Assembly (NCBI GenBank): GCA_029938045.1
Contig: JAPYOT010000001.1
Coordinates: 12,457-76,456 of the forward strand
Direction of reading: 5' to 3'
Origin: Fidelibacterota bacterium
GTDB lineage: Bacteria > Fidelibacterota > Marinisomatia > Marinisomatales > TCS55
Length of the DNA: 64,000 bases
In this document: piece by piece, positions 39,694-49,030 of the stretch
Layout: each line of letters begins with the position of its first letter
How positions within the stretch are numbered: the stretch's first letter is position 1
The notes under the pieces: model-generated
Databases searched by the model: none
What the model was told of the DNA's origin: nothing
Seen by the model: only the letters and a program-made list of their open reading frames with translations
Position numbers and translations under genes: made by a program

Positions 39694-41295
39694 TTATTCA
39701 GGAGAAACCTTATTTATTAACCGGGTGTTATCTTTGTCCAAACTAAGGGCACGCTTATAAAAATCCAGTGCATCTTCAGTTTTTTGAAATTTCATGAGGA
39801 CATCTCCGAGATGCTCAAGAACAATCGCATTCTCTCCATTGATCTTTATTGATGATTCAATATACTCACGAGCTTTTCCATGGTTGTCTAATTTGAAATA
39901 TATCCATCCAATTGTGTCCAGATAAGATGCGTTTTCAGGCTCCAAAGTGATTGCTTTTTTAGCCAGGGTGAGCGCCCTTTTTAATTCGTGATTTCTTTCC
40001 ACTAGACTATATGCATAATTATTAAATGCTTGTGCATCCGTACTGTCCGTGTTTATGAGACGAAGATAAATTTCATCTGATTTTTCCCACTCCTTCACTT
40101 CATCATAAAGAATAGCCATAGAATGAAGCACATTGGGCGAGTCCGGTCGAATAGTGAGTGCTCTTGAAAAATATCTTCGTGCATCATCAAATTGTTTTAA
40201 CTGGTTATGGCTCAGTCCCAGCAAATACTGAATTGAATAAATTTTATTAAATGTATCCGAAACTGGCTCAAGAATCGAAATGACATGCTCAGGCTTCTTA
40301 TCTTCCAAATACACCAATGATCGACTATAATACCCCCGCCAATCTTCCGGAAAATTAGACACCAGTTTATCCGCAACTTTTGAGGCATTTTCATGATTAT
40401 TTTCATCCATGTATAAATCAAATAGTGGAAAATAATAGTTTGGATTTTTAGGGGTAGCTTCAATAGCCGTTTCAAGTAGACTCAATGCTTCTTCTTTTTG
40501 ACCCGCGCGATACATTAATAACCCCATTTGTGCCATGCGATCGGGAGATTCTCCATATTCAACATTCATTGATTTTAATACATCAATTCCTTCTTGATAG
40601 TTTTTTGAATTCATTATTAAATCAATATACATCCCCATATACTTGGGTTGATCTGGATCCAAGAAAGTTAAACGCTTGAAAACGGATTGTGCTTGAATAT
40701 AATCTTTGTTTTGATGAGCCAATCGACCGCTGGTTTCCAATAAATCCAAACGTGAAGGTTCCAATTCAAACGCTTCCAAATAAAGTTTGCCAGCCCCAGA
40801 AAAGTTTCGTTTTACTTTTTCAAGTTCAGCCAGAGCGATGATATATTTTACATCATCCGGTTTTAGTTTATTCAATTGAGTGAATGGTTGTTGAGCAGCC
40901 TCATATTTTTTCTGCAGAATATATTGATCTGCCAACATCTGAAGTGCCTGTTCATCTGATGGATCTAAACCAATCGCAATATTTAGATGTTTTTCAGCCA
41001 TATCCGGTTTACCCAAATTCCAAAATGATTCCGCAATGGATGTATGGATGGCCCCGACACCAGGATCCAATTCAAGAGACTGTTGAAACTCTAAAATAGC
41101 CATGGAAAAGTCACCTTGATTCATCATCATTTGACCATCCATAAAGTGACGCAATCCCTCCGGGTTGGGAGCTTTTTCTACTGCTGATTCCAGCTTTACC
41201 TTGTCTTGGAGGTTCGATATTTTAGGTACTGTTGTCCCACACCCAAAGAATATTAGTAGAAATAAGAGAATGAAATTTAACTTAAATATTTTCAT
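39694..41295 (-). CDS. Tetratricopeptide-repeat lipoprotein
   Basis: Lipoprotein signal LLIFFGCGT. Numerous 34-aa TPR-like repeats (..A...F..AL.L.P....). Confidence 0.8.
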   Translation of the reverse strand: MKIFKLNFILLFLLIFFGCGTTVPKISNLQDKVKLESAVEKAPNPEGLRHFMDGQMMMNQGDFSMAILEFQQSLELDPGVGAIHTSIAESFWNLGKPDMAEKHLNIAIGLDPSDEQALQMLADQYILQKKYEAAQQPFTQLNKLKPDDVKYIIALAELEKVKRNFSGAGKLYLEAFELEPSRLDLLETSGRLAHQNKDYIQAQSVFKRLTFLDPDQPKYMGMYIDLIMNSKNYQEGIDVLKSMNVEYGESPDRMAQMGLLMYRAGQKEEALSLLETAIEATPKNPNYYFPLFDLYMDENNHENASKVADKLVSNFPEDWRGYYSRSLVYLEDKKPEHVISILEPVSDTFNKIYSIQYLLGLSHNQLKQFDDARRYFSRALTIRPDSPNVLHSMAILYDEVKEWEKSDEIYLRLINTDSTDAQAFNNYAYSLVERNHELKRALTLAKKAITLEPENASYLDTIGWIYFKLDNHGKAREYIESSIKINGENAIVLEHLGDVLMKFQKTEDALDFYKRALSLDKDNTRLINKVSPE

Positions 41296-41360
41296 ACGGT
41301 TTTGTTCTCGAGAATCTAAACATTAAACAAGCTCAAATGTTCCGAAAATGAATGCGGTTT

Positions 41361-43058
41361 TTACATTTCCAGAGCAATAGTAACATCATTCCCACCCTGC
41401 GCTTTTGTTTCATACATAGCCTTGTCAGCTTTAGCGATCAAACTGCGTACTTTTTCTGCATGATGGGGAAAACCTGCCATTCCAGCGCTAATGGTTATTT
41501 TGACGGCTATACCACCCTCTAAAAACGTTTTTTCAGCAATGGATTTTACAATTCTTTGTGCAAGAGGTAAACATTCTTTAATGTCCGTATTAACGAGTAA
41601 AACTGCAAATTCTTCTCCGCCGTATCTTCCCACTATATCAATAACACGCACATTTTCATTAATGACTTTAGCCACTTCCCGCAGGACATAATCACCATAC
41701 AAATGTCCGTAATTATCATTTACCAATTTAAATTTATCTAAATCCAACACGACCAATCCCAACATTTGGTTAAATCGGCCAGCACGACTTATTTCCTCTT
41801 CGAACCGATCTAAGAATGCCTTATGGTTTAACAACCCTGTTAACCCATCATGAATCGAAGTAAGATGGACTTTTTTATACTCTTGCTGCCAATTGAGGAT
41901 TGAGCTTACTGTACCGCACAATAGTTCAAGTAACCGTACATCCGAATCTGAATAAATTCTCGATTTTAATCGCTCCATCGTTATGGCGCCTATGGTTTCA
42001 TTGTTGAATTTAAGTGGAACACTGAGAACGGACATAAAATTAAAGTCTCGATTGTCTCCCGGTTTAAACCGATTCATCTCAGGAAAATCCTCAAACCATT
42101 CATTTGAACAAATGGTTTTTCCATCCTGGATTACCAATCCATGTAGCGTATTTTGGATATGGAATTCTTCTCCTTCATCAATATCATCATGAAGACCATC
42201 GACCAGTTTAATCATTCCTTTATTCTTGTCCTCTGCAGACAATACGATCGTCAATTTATCATATTGGAAAAAGGCACGGCATAATACCCGTATAGATTGA
42301 AATAGTTCTGATTCGTCCGATTTTACTTCTAATTGATCAAATAAATTTGCAATTCTGGCATTAAAATAATTATCGACCATGAGCGATTCCATTTGCTCTA
42401 AATCTTCCATGCCGTGGGATACAAACTGACTGAGTTTTTCAATGATATTTTGATCCCGATTTTGAATCGACGAAAAATGATCCGTATAAACCAGTAAAAA
42501 GCCCACTACATTACCAGAATATAAAATGGGGAAACCAAGTAAGGATTCGCTACCCCGCCAGGTCTTGGTTCCAAGTATATTTTCCCAGCCTTCATTTTTT
42601 TTGTTTTTCTTGAAAATCGAAGAATTGCTTGTTTTTACTATAGCAGAAATAATTTCATTTTTATTTTCAATAAAATCAGAAAAATCCGAAAGTGTTTTTT
42701 CCTGACACGTAAATCCATCATTTTCGATATCTACCATATATATGGCTGCCGAAAAATCCGGATTCACAATTTTGACTAAATTGAGTACCTGTAACAACAG
42801 TCGATTATAATGGGATTTAACCGCAGACGAGAAGGATGGGTCATTTATATTACTTTGGGGTGATTTAGAATTATCATCCACAATATTGTCCTTTTTAAAT
42901 AATTGTGGAAATGCGAATGAAATGAACGTAACCACAAGGCCCCCCATTGCAATGCCTTTTAATATCAAAAAGAATAATCCTTCCTGCATTGGGTAGGTAA
43001 ATAGAAACAAAATTATGAAAAATAGAACAATGACGGCGATTTGTCGGTAAAATGTCAT
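41361..43058 (-). CDS. Membrane-anchored GAF-GGDEF diguanylate cyclase with intact A-site and I-site
   Basis: Two N-terminal TM helices and central GAF-like regions. The GGDEF domain contains RYGGEEFAVLL, with RVID exactly 5 residues upstream of GGEEF (RxxD I-site). Confidence 0.88.
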   Translation of the reverse strand: MTFYRQIAVIVLFFIILFLFTYPMQEGLFFLILKGIAMGGLVVTFISFAFPQLFKKDNIVDDNSKSPQSNINDPSFSSAVKSHYNRLLLQVLNLVKIVNPDFSAAIYMVDIENDGFTCQEKTLSDFSDFIENKNEIISAIVKTSNSSIFKKNKKNEGWENILGTKTWRGSESLLGFPILYSGNVVGFLLVYTDHFSSIQNRDQNIIEKLSQFVSHGMEDLEQMESLMVDNYFNARIANLFDQLEVKSDESELFQSIRVLCRAFFQYDKLTIVLSAEDKNKGMIKLVDGLHDDIDEGEEFHIQNTLHGLVIQDGKTICSNEWFEDFPEMNRFKPGDNRDFNFMSVLSVPLKFNNETIGAITMERLKSRIYSDSDVRLLELLCGTVSSILNWQQEYKKVHLTSIHDGLTGLLNHKAFLDRFEEEISRAGRFNQMLGLVVLDLDKFKLVNDNYGHLYGDYVLREVAKVINENVRVIDIVGRYGGEEFAVLLVNTDIKECLPLAQRIVKSIAEKTFLEGGIAVKITISAGMAGFPHHAEKVRSLIAKADKAMYETKAQGGNDVTIALEM

Positions 43059-43061
43059 ACC

Positions 43062-43106
43062 ACAAAATAAAAATCCCTGCGTTGAAATACACCAACTACA
43101 GGGATT
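43062..43106 (-). terminator. Hairpin plus U-tract between the anti-sigma gene and the diguanylate cyclase (terminator or leader attenuator)
   Basis: Minus strand reads AAUCCCUG-UA-GUUG-GUGUAUUU-CAAC-G-CAGGGAUU followed by UUUAUUUUGUGGU and then the ATG of the cyclase at 43058. Confidence 0.55.
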
Positions 43107-43133
43107 ATTTTAAAAATAATTTTTTAACGAAAT

Positions 43134-43691
43134 TTATGGCTGATCTTTTACGAATTTCACTTGATTGCCCAACTTGAAATTTTTCTTTTTTTGGATGGTA
43201 GTATCAGCTGAATCTGATTCTGAAGCGGCCAGAATAGCATCCTGATTCGTATCAATAGATGGATTACGAGGAGCCGAATTTGGGGAACCGGATATATTTC
43301 CTGTATAGGCAGGAAGTGTATTAACTGGTGAATTGGATTCTGGCCAAAAGTTTACACCGACTGTGATAAACGATACAACTAGAACGGTCATAATTCCCGC
43401 ATATAATGGTGTAAACCCAAATAAAGTTTTTGAAGGTCGATTTACAATTTTTTTTGATGGTCTATTTTTTTCAAATTCGATCTTTTTATGAAGGTTCGGC
43501 ATAAAACCATCTGAAGCGTTAATTGGTGATAACGTTTTAAACGATGTCATATTCGTGCGGATGGAATCAACAAGATTTTTGGCATCAGAATTTGCATTCA
43601 TAAATTCCTCAAAGGCCTTCCTTTCGGAAAGGGGTAATTCATTGTCTAAATATGTTGAAATGGCATCTTCAAATTGGTAACGATCCATCAA
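43134..43691 (-). CDS. Anti-sigma factor (single-pass membrane protein)
   Basis: The N-terminus F.DAISTYLDNELPLSERKAFEEFM is typical of anti-sigma N-terminal domains. There is one TM helix (LYAGIMTVLVVSFITVGVNFW). It lies 10 nt downstream of the ECF sigma gene. Confidence 0.7.
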   Translation of the reverse strand: MMDRYQFEDAISTYLDNELPLSERKAFEEFMNANSDAKNLVDSIRTNMTSFKTLSPINASDGFMPNLHKKIEFEKNRPSKKIVNRPSKTLFGFTPLYAGIMTVLVVSFITVGVNFWPESNSPVNTLPAYTGNISGSPNSAPRNPSIDTNQDAILAASESDSADTTIQKKKNFKLGNQVKFVKDQP

Positions 43692-43701
43692 ATTCTATCT
43701 C

Positions 43702-44316
43702 CTATTTTAAATCTATTAATTCTTTTTGCAGCTGTAATCTAGCCCGGTTAATTCGGGATTTAACTGTTCCAAGTGGAACTTCGACTATCTTACTAATCTC
43801 TTCATAAGAAAGTTCCTGAATATCTCTCAAAATGGTAACTGTCCTAAAATGTAGAGGTAAATTTTGAATAGCGGCCTGGATTTTCTTTTCAATATATTCA
43901 CTTTGAACTACTTCATCCGTCTCCGGCGCTACAGAAGGCAGTTCGTAATCTCGGTCTTCCGGGCCCATTTGACTTATATTGGTTACTTTGCGGCTTTTTC
44001 TTTTCCTCAATTCCGTTTTAGCTAAATTTCCAGCGATGGTATAAATCCATGTGGAGAATTTTGCAATATTGCGATAATAATGTTTGTGCGTGTACAGTTT
44101 TAACATTGTGTCTTGAATAATATCTTCCGCTTGTTCCATATCATTCACAAATCTGTACACAAAAGTCATGAGTTTATCCCGATACCGATTTACCAATTCG
44201 GTATATGCTTGCTCATCCCCCTCTTGAAAGCGGGCAATCAATTCCTCATCTGTATAACGAAATTGATTATCCATTATATACGGTTGCGTAGACAAATTCG
44301 GTGATAGCTGATTCAT
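43702..44316 (-). CDS. ECF-type RNA polymerase sigma factor (sigma-70 family group 4)
   Basis: Region 2 (AYTELVNRYRDKLMTFVYRFV..AEDIIQDTMLKLY) and region 4 HTH (LSYEEISKIVEVPLGTVKSRINRARLQL). An alternative start, MDNQF at 44274, would reduce the overlap with holA. Confidence 0.88.
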   Translation of the reverse strand: MNQLSPNLSTQPYIMDNQFRYTDEELIARFQEGDEQAYTELVNRYRDKLMTFVYRFVNDMEQAEDIIQDTMLKLYTHKHYYRNIAKFSTWIYTIAGNLAKTELRKRKSRKVTNISQMGPEDRDYELPSVAPETDEVVQSEYIEKKIQAAIQNLPLHFRTVTILRDIQELSYEEISKIVEVPLGTVKSRINRARLQLQKELIDLK

Positions 44317-45268
44317 CTTTAATACGGGAGGATTTTAATTGTTTATCAATATGCGCCAATCGCTTGAGCGCCAGGGTGATTTCTTTACTGTTATACTGGT
44401 TTGCATAATTGCCTAATTGTTTATTCACACTGGGTGATAATCGAGTGTAACCCATTTTTACCCTATTTGTTCCACGGGAAATTTTGTGAAATAATAATTC
44501 CTGAAAAAACTCGGTTAAAGGATATAATAAACTAATCATCGATATATCCTGTGAAACCAATGCACGACCAAGTTCCATGGATTCCTTGAGCTTTCTTTGG
44601 CCTAAATAATTGAAGAATTCATATTGTCGAAATTTTCTTTTCCACCCTGAAAATTGTTTTATATCATCTTGATTTATTTCACCATCTGCAGAAATGGCTA
44701 TTTTATCAATTTCGTTTTTCAAATGATTGAGTGAATCTCCTGCAATATCTACGAGTGTTTTGATAATATCCGGCAATACATTTTGAATATCATTTTCTTT
44801 AAAGAATGTATGGGCCCATTGAATCATTTCACGCTCAAAAGGTGTGGAACAGGAAATTGGACTGATTCCTTTGACTAATGATTCTAAAAATTTGTTTTTG
44901 GCCCCATACTCGTCTTGCATCATGATAAGGGTATGGCCTTCTAAAGGATGATGTATGTAATCTAAGAATTCGTCTCTTGCTTTCCCTTTAAGCGCATTGG
45001 GATTCCGTAGTAAAAATAATTTTTTTGAACTAAATAAATCGGCTGCAGTTAGATAATCTAAAATATCTTTTGAACTCATTTCATCAGGAATCAATACTGT
45101 TTTATGAATCGATTCTCCATTGAACAATTTTTTGCTGAGTTTTTCTGCAAATAATTGTTGAAGAAATTGATCCTCTCCCATCAAATAGTATACTGGATTA
45201 ATTTTTCCCTTTTCCAAAGATTGGATTGCATCATTGATGGGGATTGTGTTGATTTTAAAACGTGCCAT
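44267..45268 (-). CDS. holA: DNA polymerase III delta subunit
   Basis: The N-terminal NPVYYLMGEDQFL clamp-loader delta signature, size and helical C-terminus fit. I chose the start at MARFKINT, just after the uppP stop. Confidence 0.75.
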   Translation of the reverse strand: MARFKINTIPINDAIQSLEKGKINPVYYLMGEDQFLQQLFAEKLSKKLFNGESIHKTVLIPDEMSSKDILDYLTAADLFSSKKLFLLRNPNALKGKARDEFLDYIHHPLEGHTLIMMQDEYGAKNKFLESLVKGISPISCSTPFEREMIQWAHTFFKENDIQNVLPDIIKTLVDIAGDSLNHLKNEIDKIAISADGEINQDDIKQFSGWKRKFRQYEFFNYLGQRKLKESMELGRALVSQDISMISLLYPLTEFFQELLFHKISRGTNRVKMGYTRLSPSVNKQLGNYANQYNSKEITLALKRLAHIDKQLKSSRIKDESAITEFVYATVYNG

Positions 45269-45269
45269 T

Positions 45270-46028
45270 TTATATTGCTGAGTAAGTGATGAGTCCAACC
45301 ATTATACAATAGTATCCAAATCGGTGAAACTTGCCACTTTCTAATAATCCTAACAACCATTTTAAGGAAATAGTACCAACGATAAATGCACTGAAGAATG
45401 CCAGTAATAATTGAGGCATCATAATGATTCCCGGCTGAGTATCCAACACAGTAAGTAACCCTGCACCAGCAATGACTGGAATAGCCAGCAAAAATGAAAA
45501 TTTGGCTGCATCTTTTCCCGATAGACCTAATGCAAGTCCGGTACTGATAGTCATCCCAGACCGGGATATTCCCGGTATCATAGCAAAGGCTTGAGTCAGT
45601 CCTATCAAAAGGCCCGTTTTCAAATTTAATTGCTTATTCTTTCTATTTAATTTTTGAGTCAACAATAAAATGATTCCTGTGAAAATTAATGAACCAGCAA
45701 CCATGGGTATTGAATCGAATAAATCTGTGATCATATCCCTAGCTGCCAATCCAATAATGACTGCTGGTAATGTTCCCATAATCAAAAATAAAATATATTT
45801 TTGTGTATCTTGATTTTGAAATGAAATAAGTATGGATGAAAGATCTTTCCAAAAAACCCATATAACACTCAGAAGCGTGCCCAAATGGGTCACTACTTCA
45901 ACAACATTCCCTGGTGAATCGACGCCCAAAAGCGCCTGTCCGAGGACCAAATGTCCGGAACTGCTGATAGGTAAAAATTCAGTAACGCCCTGAATTATGC
46001 CGAGTATTATTGCGTCAAATAGAGTCAT
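45270..46028 (-). CDS. uppP: Undecaprenyl-diphosphate phosphatase
   Basis: GVTEFLPISSSGHLVL and PGISRSG motifs. Eight TM helices. Confidence 0.92.
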   Translation of the reverse strand: MTLFDAIILGIIQGVTEFLPISSSGHLVLGQALLGVDSPGNVVEVVTHLGTLLSVIWVFWKDLSSILISFQNQDTQKYILFLIMGTLPAVIIGLAARDMITDLFDSIPMVAGSLIFTGIILLLTQKLNRKNKQLNLKTGLLIGLTQAFAMIPGISRSGMTISTGLALGLSGKDAAKFSFLLAIPVIAGAGLLTVLDTQPGIIMMPQLLLAFFSAFIVGTISLKWLLGLLESGKFHRFGYYCIMVGLITYSAI

Positions 46029-46084
46029 ATGGGTATAAAATTGTTGCGCAATTTATCAGGAAGAATATAGAATAAAAAGAAAAG

Positions 46085-46762
46085 CTATCGCCAGCCCGCA
46101 ATTGCAATCATTCGACCAGATTTTTTCCCATCACGCCGATAAGAATAATATAAATCCTCTCGACAACTGGTGCAGTCATCGTCAATAATTATATTTTCAG
46201 ATTTTACACCTGAATCAATGAGTTGATGTTTTATGACACTTTTCAAATCCAGCATCTGGCGGTCACCCTTTCCTGCAATTGAAAACGAATTATCAAATTG
46301 GTCACTGACTTCCGGGCCAACTTCAAAACAACATTGATTAATGGCTGGTCCAATCATGCCTTTGATATTGTTAACATTACTGCCTACCTCTTTCATTCGC
46401 TTAACGGCTCGTCTTGAAATATTATTTGCAGTACCACGCCACCCCGAATGTACTAGCCCAAAATACCCAGATACCTTGTCTCCTAAAAATAATGGAACGC
46501 AATCCGCAACCTGAATGCTTAAAACAATCTCTTTATTAATGGATATGACGCCATCCGTTTCCTCAATAATTCCAGGTTTGTTTACGGATATAACTTTTGA
46601 TGAATGAACCTGTTTTGGATAAGCCAATTTATTTGGATCAAAATTTAATGATTTCACAATAGCTTTTCGGTTATCCGTTTTAGAGTCATGTTCATGTTTT
46701 TGAGTTAAAACAGGGCAAAACCCGTCCATACCGAACCAGTCGGAATAATCTTTATAATTCAA
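46085..46762 (-). CDS. pgeF: YfiH/PgeF-family purine nucleoside phosphorylase / peptidoglycan editing factor (laccase-domain protein)
   Basis: QVHSSKV, HSGWRGT and CCFEVG conserved motifs. Confidence 0.85.
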   Translation of the reverse strand: MNYKDYSDWFGMDGFCPVLTQKHEHDSKTDNRKAIVKSLNFDPNKLAYPKQVHSSKVISVNKPGIIEETDGVISINKEIVLSIQVADCVPLFLGDKVSGYFGLVHSGWRGTANNISRRAVKRMKEVGSNVNNIKGMIGPAINQCCFEVGPEVSDQFDNSFSIAGKGDRQMLDLKSVIKHQLIDSGVKSENIIIDDDCTSCREDLYYSYRRDGKKSGRMIAIAGWR

Positions 46763-46770
46763 AATCTTCC

Positions 46771-48645
46771 CTAAGGATATTGCAATGGTACCAATCGAAG
46801 AGAGTCGCCATAAAACACACCCTGAAAAATGAGTTCATTTCCATTAAACTCCAAAATTTGGAATGCAGCATTTACGTGAGGGTTCGTTGGATCTGGAGAA
46901 TAATAAAATCCTGTACCAGAATATAAATCAACCGATTCTAATGATTGGATCATAGAGTTGCGAGAACGAGTTTTTAGGTTTAATTGAGTTAGCAAATGTG
47001 CTGTATTTAGTCCCTGATAATATGACGCTAAAACGTCTTCACTGTACCCTGTCGTATCCAGTGATGGTGCATTAAAATTGGTAATAATAGATAAATCTTT
47101 CAAATGGGGACCAATATTATCTTTTTTTAATATTTTTTGATCCTGCCAATTTTCATTTCCAATTATTTTTGCATTTAAATTATACATGGGAAGTTGGGGG
47201 CCAATAAACTCTAATTCGTTTTTTCGAATAGGAAGATATATACCCTGAATCGTATTTAACACAATTTTTGTTGAATCTGAAGAAGACATTCTTTTTTGTT
47301 TTGGTTTGGGTAAATCAAAAAAGTCCTCTGCAGAAATATCAAATAGGGCATCCAGACTGTCAATCTCCATTCCCAATGCTTCATCAATCGATTCCTCTTT
47401 GGGCAAAAGACTGAAGGCAATTCGTCTTAAATTATTGAATTGTCTTTTAAGGTTTTTGGGTTGTCCCGAATACCATTCCGTTGCCACCACCGTTCCGCCA
47501 AGTCGATCCACTTCCTTTATAAAGGCATCCGTTTGGATTTCACCGTAGGAATCCGCTGGTGCAATGATTGCCAAACTATCCAGTTTCAAAACATTCATGG
47601 CATAATGAGCGGCGGCCTTACCCTGCATAGAAACAGTGGCATTAATTTGAAAAATGGCAGGGTTAATTTCACTTAGATCATTTTGCTGAAGGGTCGTGAG
47701 GATAACAGGAATATCAGTTGACGTTAAGGCACTGACGACGACTAAAGAGGCCTGATGATCTAACGGACAAATAAGGGCCAATAATTCATCATGCTGTGCC
47801 AGCTTTTTAGCAATTTTTATTGATTTTATCGACTGACTACGGTTATCCTCTACGAGGATTGACAACCTTTGGTTTGATATTCCATTTGGGTTTTCTCCAT
47901 CGTAGAAGCCGGATAAAAATGCTTGACCCATTTCCGATTGATCCCCTGATAAAGGAAGTATAATGCCAACCATAGTTAGGGGACTCGGTGGTTCATAAGA
48001 TGCACGCAAAAGGGTTTCATAAATGGGGGCATACGTATCCTGTAACTGACCCATATTCACTTGATTCATGGTAAGTGCGGCATCATCAGGATGACCCTTT
48101 GAAATTTGGGCATTGGCTTTAGCCATGAGGTGAATATTTCTGATTTCAGGATCAACTTCAAGGGTGAGTAATTCATCTAAAAGAAGGATGGGCAATTGTA
48201 TATGAATTAATCGCAGTATCTTTGAATCAATCTTATTGCTGAAGTTAGCATCAATTGAAAGTTTTTTTGCTCGGTGGTACATCCGGTATGCGGATGGATA
48301 ATTCCCTTCATTCACATATAAATCGCCCAAGCTTTCCATGACATTTTTCATGTACGGGCTTTCTGGGAATTGCGTAAAAAATAACCGAGATGTCTCCTTA
48401 GCAGATTTTACCCGATTCAAACCCATTTGGGATTTGATGAGTAATAGGAGAGATGATTCCTTATACGTACCGGATTCGCTGTCCAATATTTGTATTAAGA
48501 TCGATTCACTCGTGGCATACCTGCCTTCATTATATTGTTCTACAGCTTTATTAAATTGGCGATCTATCAACTGGGATTGAAACCAATTTTGGCCAATGCA
48601 TGGAAAACACAAAAGCAGAAATAATATGGATTTATACTTTTTCAT
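46771..48645 (-). CDS. LpoA/LppC-like protein: N-terminal TPR-like domain plus type-I periplasmic binding (Leu/Ile/Val-binding-like) domain
   Basis: Signal peptide KKYKSILFLLLCFPCIGQ and helical repeats. The central/C-terminal VGIILPLSGDQSEMGQAFLSGF.. is typical of the Peripla_BP_6/LpoA fold. Confidence 0.55.
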   Translation of the reverse strand: MKKYKSILFLLLCFPCIGQNWFQSQLIDRQFNKAVEQYNEGRYATSESILIQILDSESGTYKESSLLLLIKSQMGLNRVKSAKETSRLFFTQFPESPYMKNVMESLGDLYVNEGNYPSAYRMYHRAKKLSIDANFSNKIDSKILRLIHIQLPILLLDELLTLEVDPEIRNIHLMAKANAQISKGHPDDAALTMNQVNMGQLQDTYAPIYETLLRASYEPPSPLTMVGIILPLSGDQSEMGQAFLSGFYDGENPNGISNQRLSILVEDNRSQSIKSIKIAKKLAQHDELLALICPLDHQASLVVVSALTSTDIPVILTTLQQNDLSEINPAIFQINATVSMQGKAAAHYAMNVLKLDSLAIIAPADSYGEIQTDAFIKEVDRLGGTVVATEWYSGQPKNLKRQFNNLRRIAFSLLPKEESIDEALGMEIDSLDALFDISAEDFFDLPKPKQKRMSSSDSTKIVLNTIQGIYLPIRKNELEFIGPQLPMYNLNAKIIGNENWQDQKILKKDNIGPHLKDLSIITNFNAPSLDTTGYSEDVLASYYQGLNTAHLLTQLNLKTRSRNSMIQSLESVDLYSGTGFYYSPDPTNPHVNAAFQILEFNGNELIFQGVFYGDSLRLVPLQYP

Positions 48646-48762
48646 TTTGGACTCAAGTGACCTTCTCAACACATAAATTGGTATGAGGTATGTGTTAAAT
48701 GATGTTTAGTTCCCGAAAAAATAATATTGTAAGTAATGTTAAATGGAATGAATCTGAAAATA

Positions 48763-48969
48763 TTATTCACTAAGCTTTTTAGTCTGTAGTATAACTTCTC
48801 TATTATAAAAACCTTTAATTTCCCAACCACGTCCACATTTCATATCAATAAAATCTAATATTTTAATCTTTTCGACTTTATCATCACTTAATTTTATATA
48901 CATCATATTATTACCCACTAATATTGTATTTCCAGATCCCCAACTACCCTGCTTACTTACTTCTCTCAT
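48763..48969 (-). CDS. Orphan small hypothetical protein (68 aa) in an AT-rich spacer
   Basis: This is the only ORF in the 358-bp glmS/lpoA-like spacer. AAGGG lies ~9 nt upstream of the ATG. I recognise no family. Confidence 0.3.
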   Translation of the reverse strand: MREVSKQGSWGSGNTILVGNNMMYIKLSDDKVEKIKILDFIDMKCGRGWEIKGFYNREVILQTKKLSE

Positions 48970-49030
48970 TTAGTATACCCTTTTTGATTTAAAAATTTTA
49001 TTTTTCTATTTTGTGTAAAATAAAACCACT

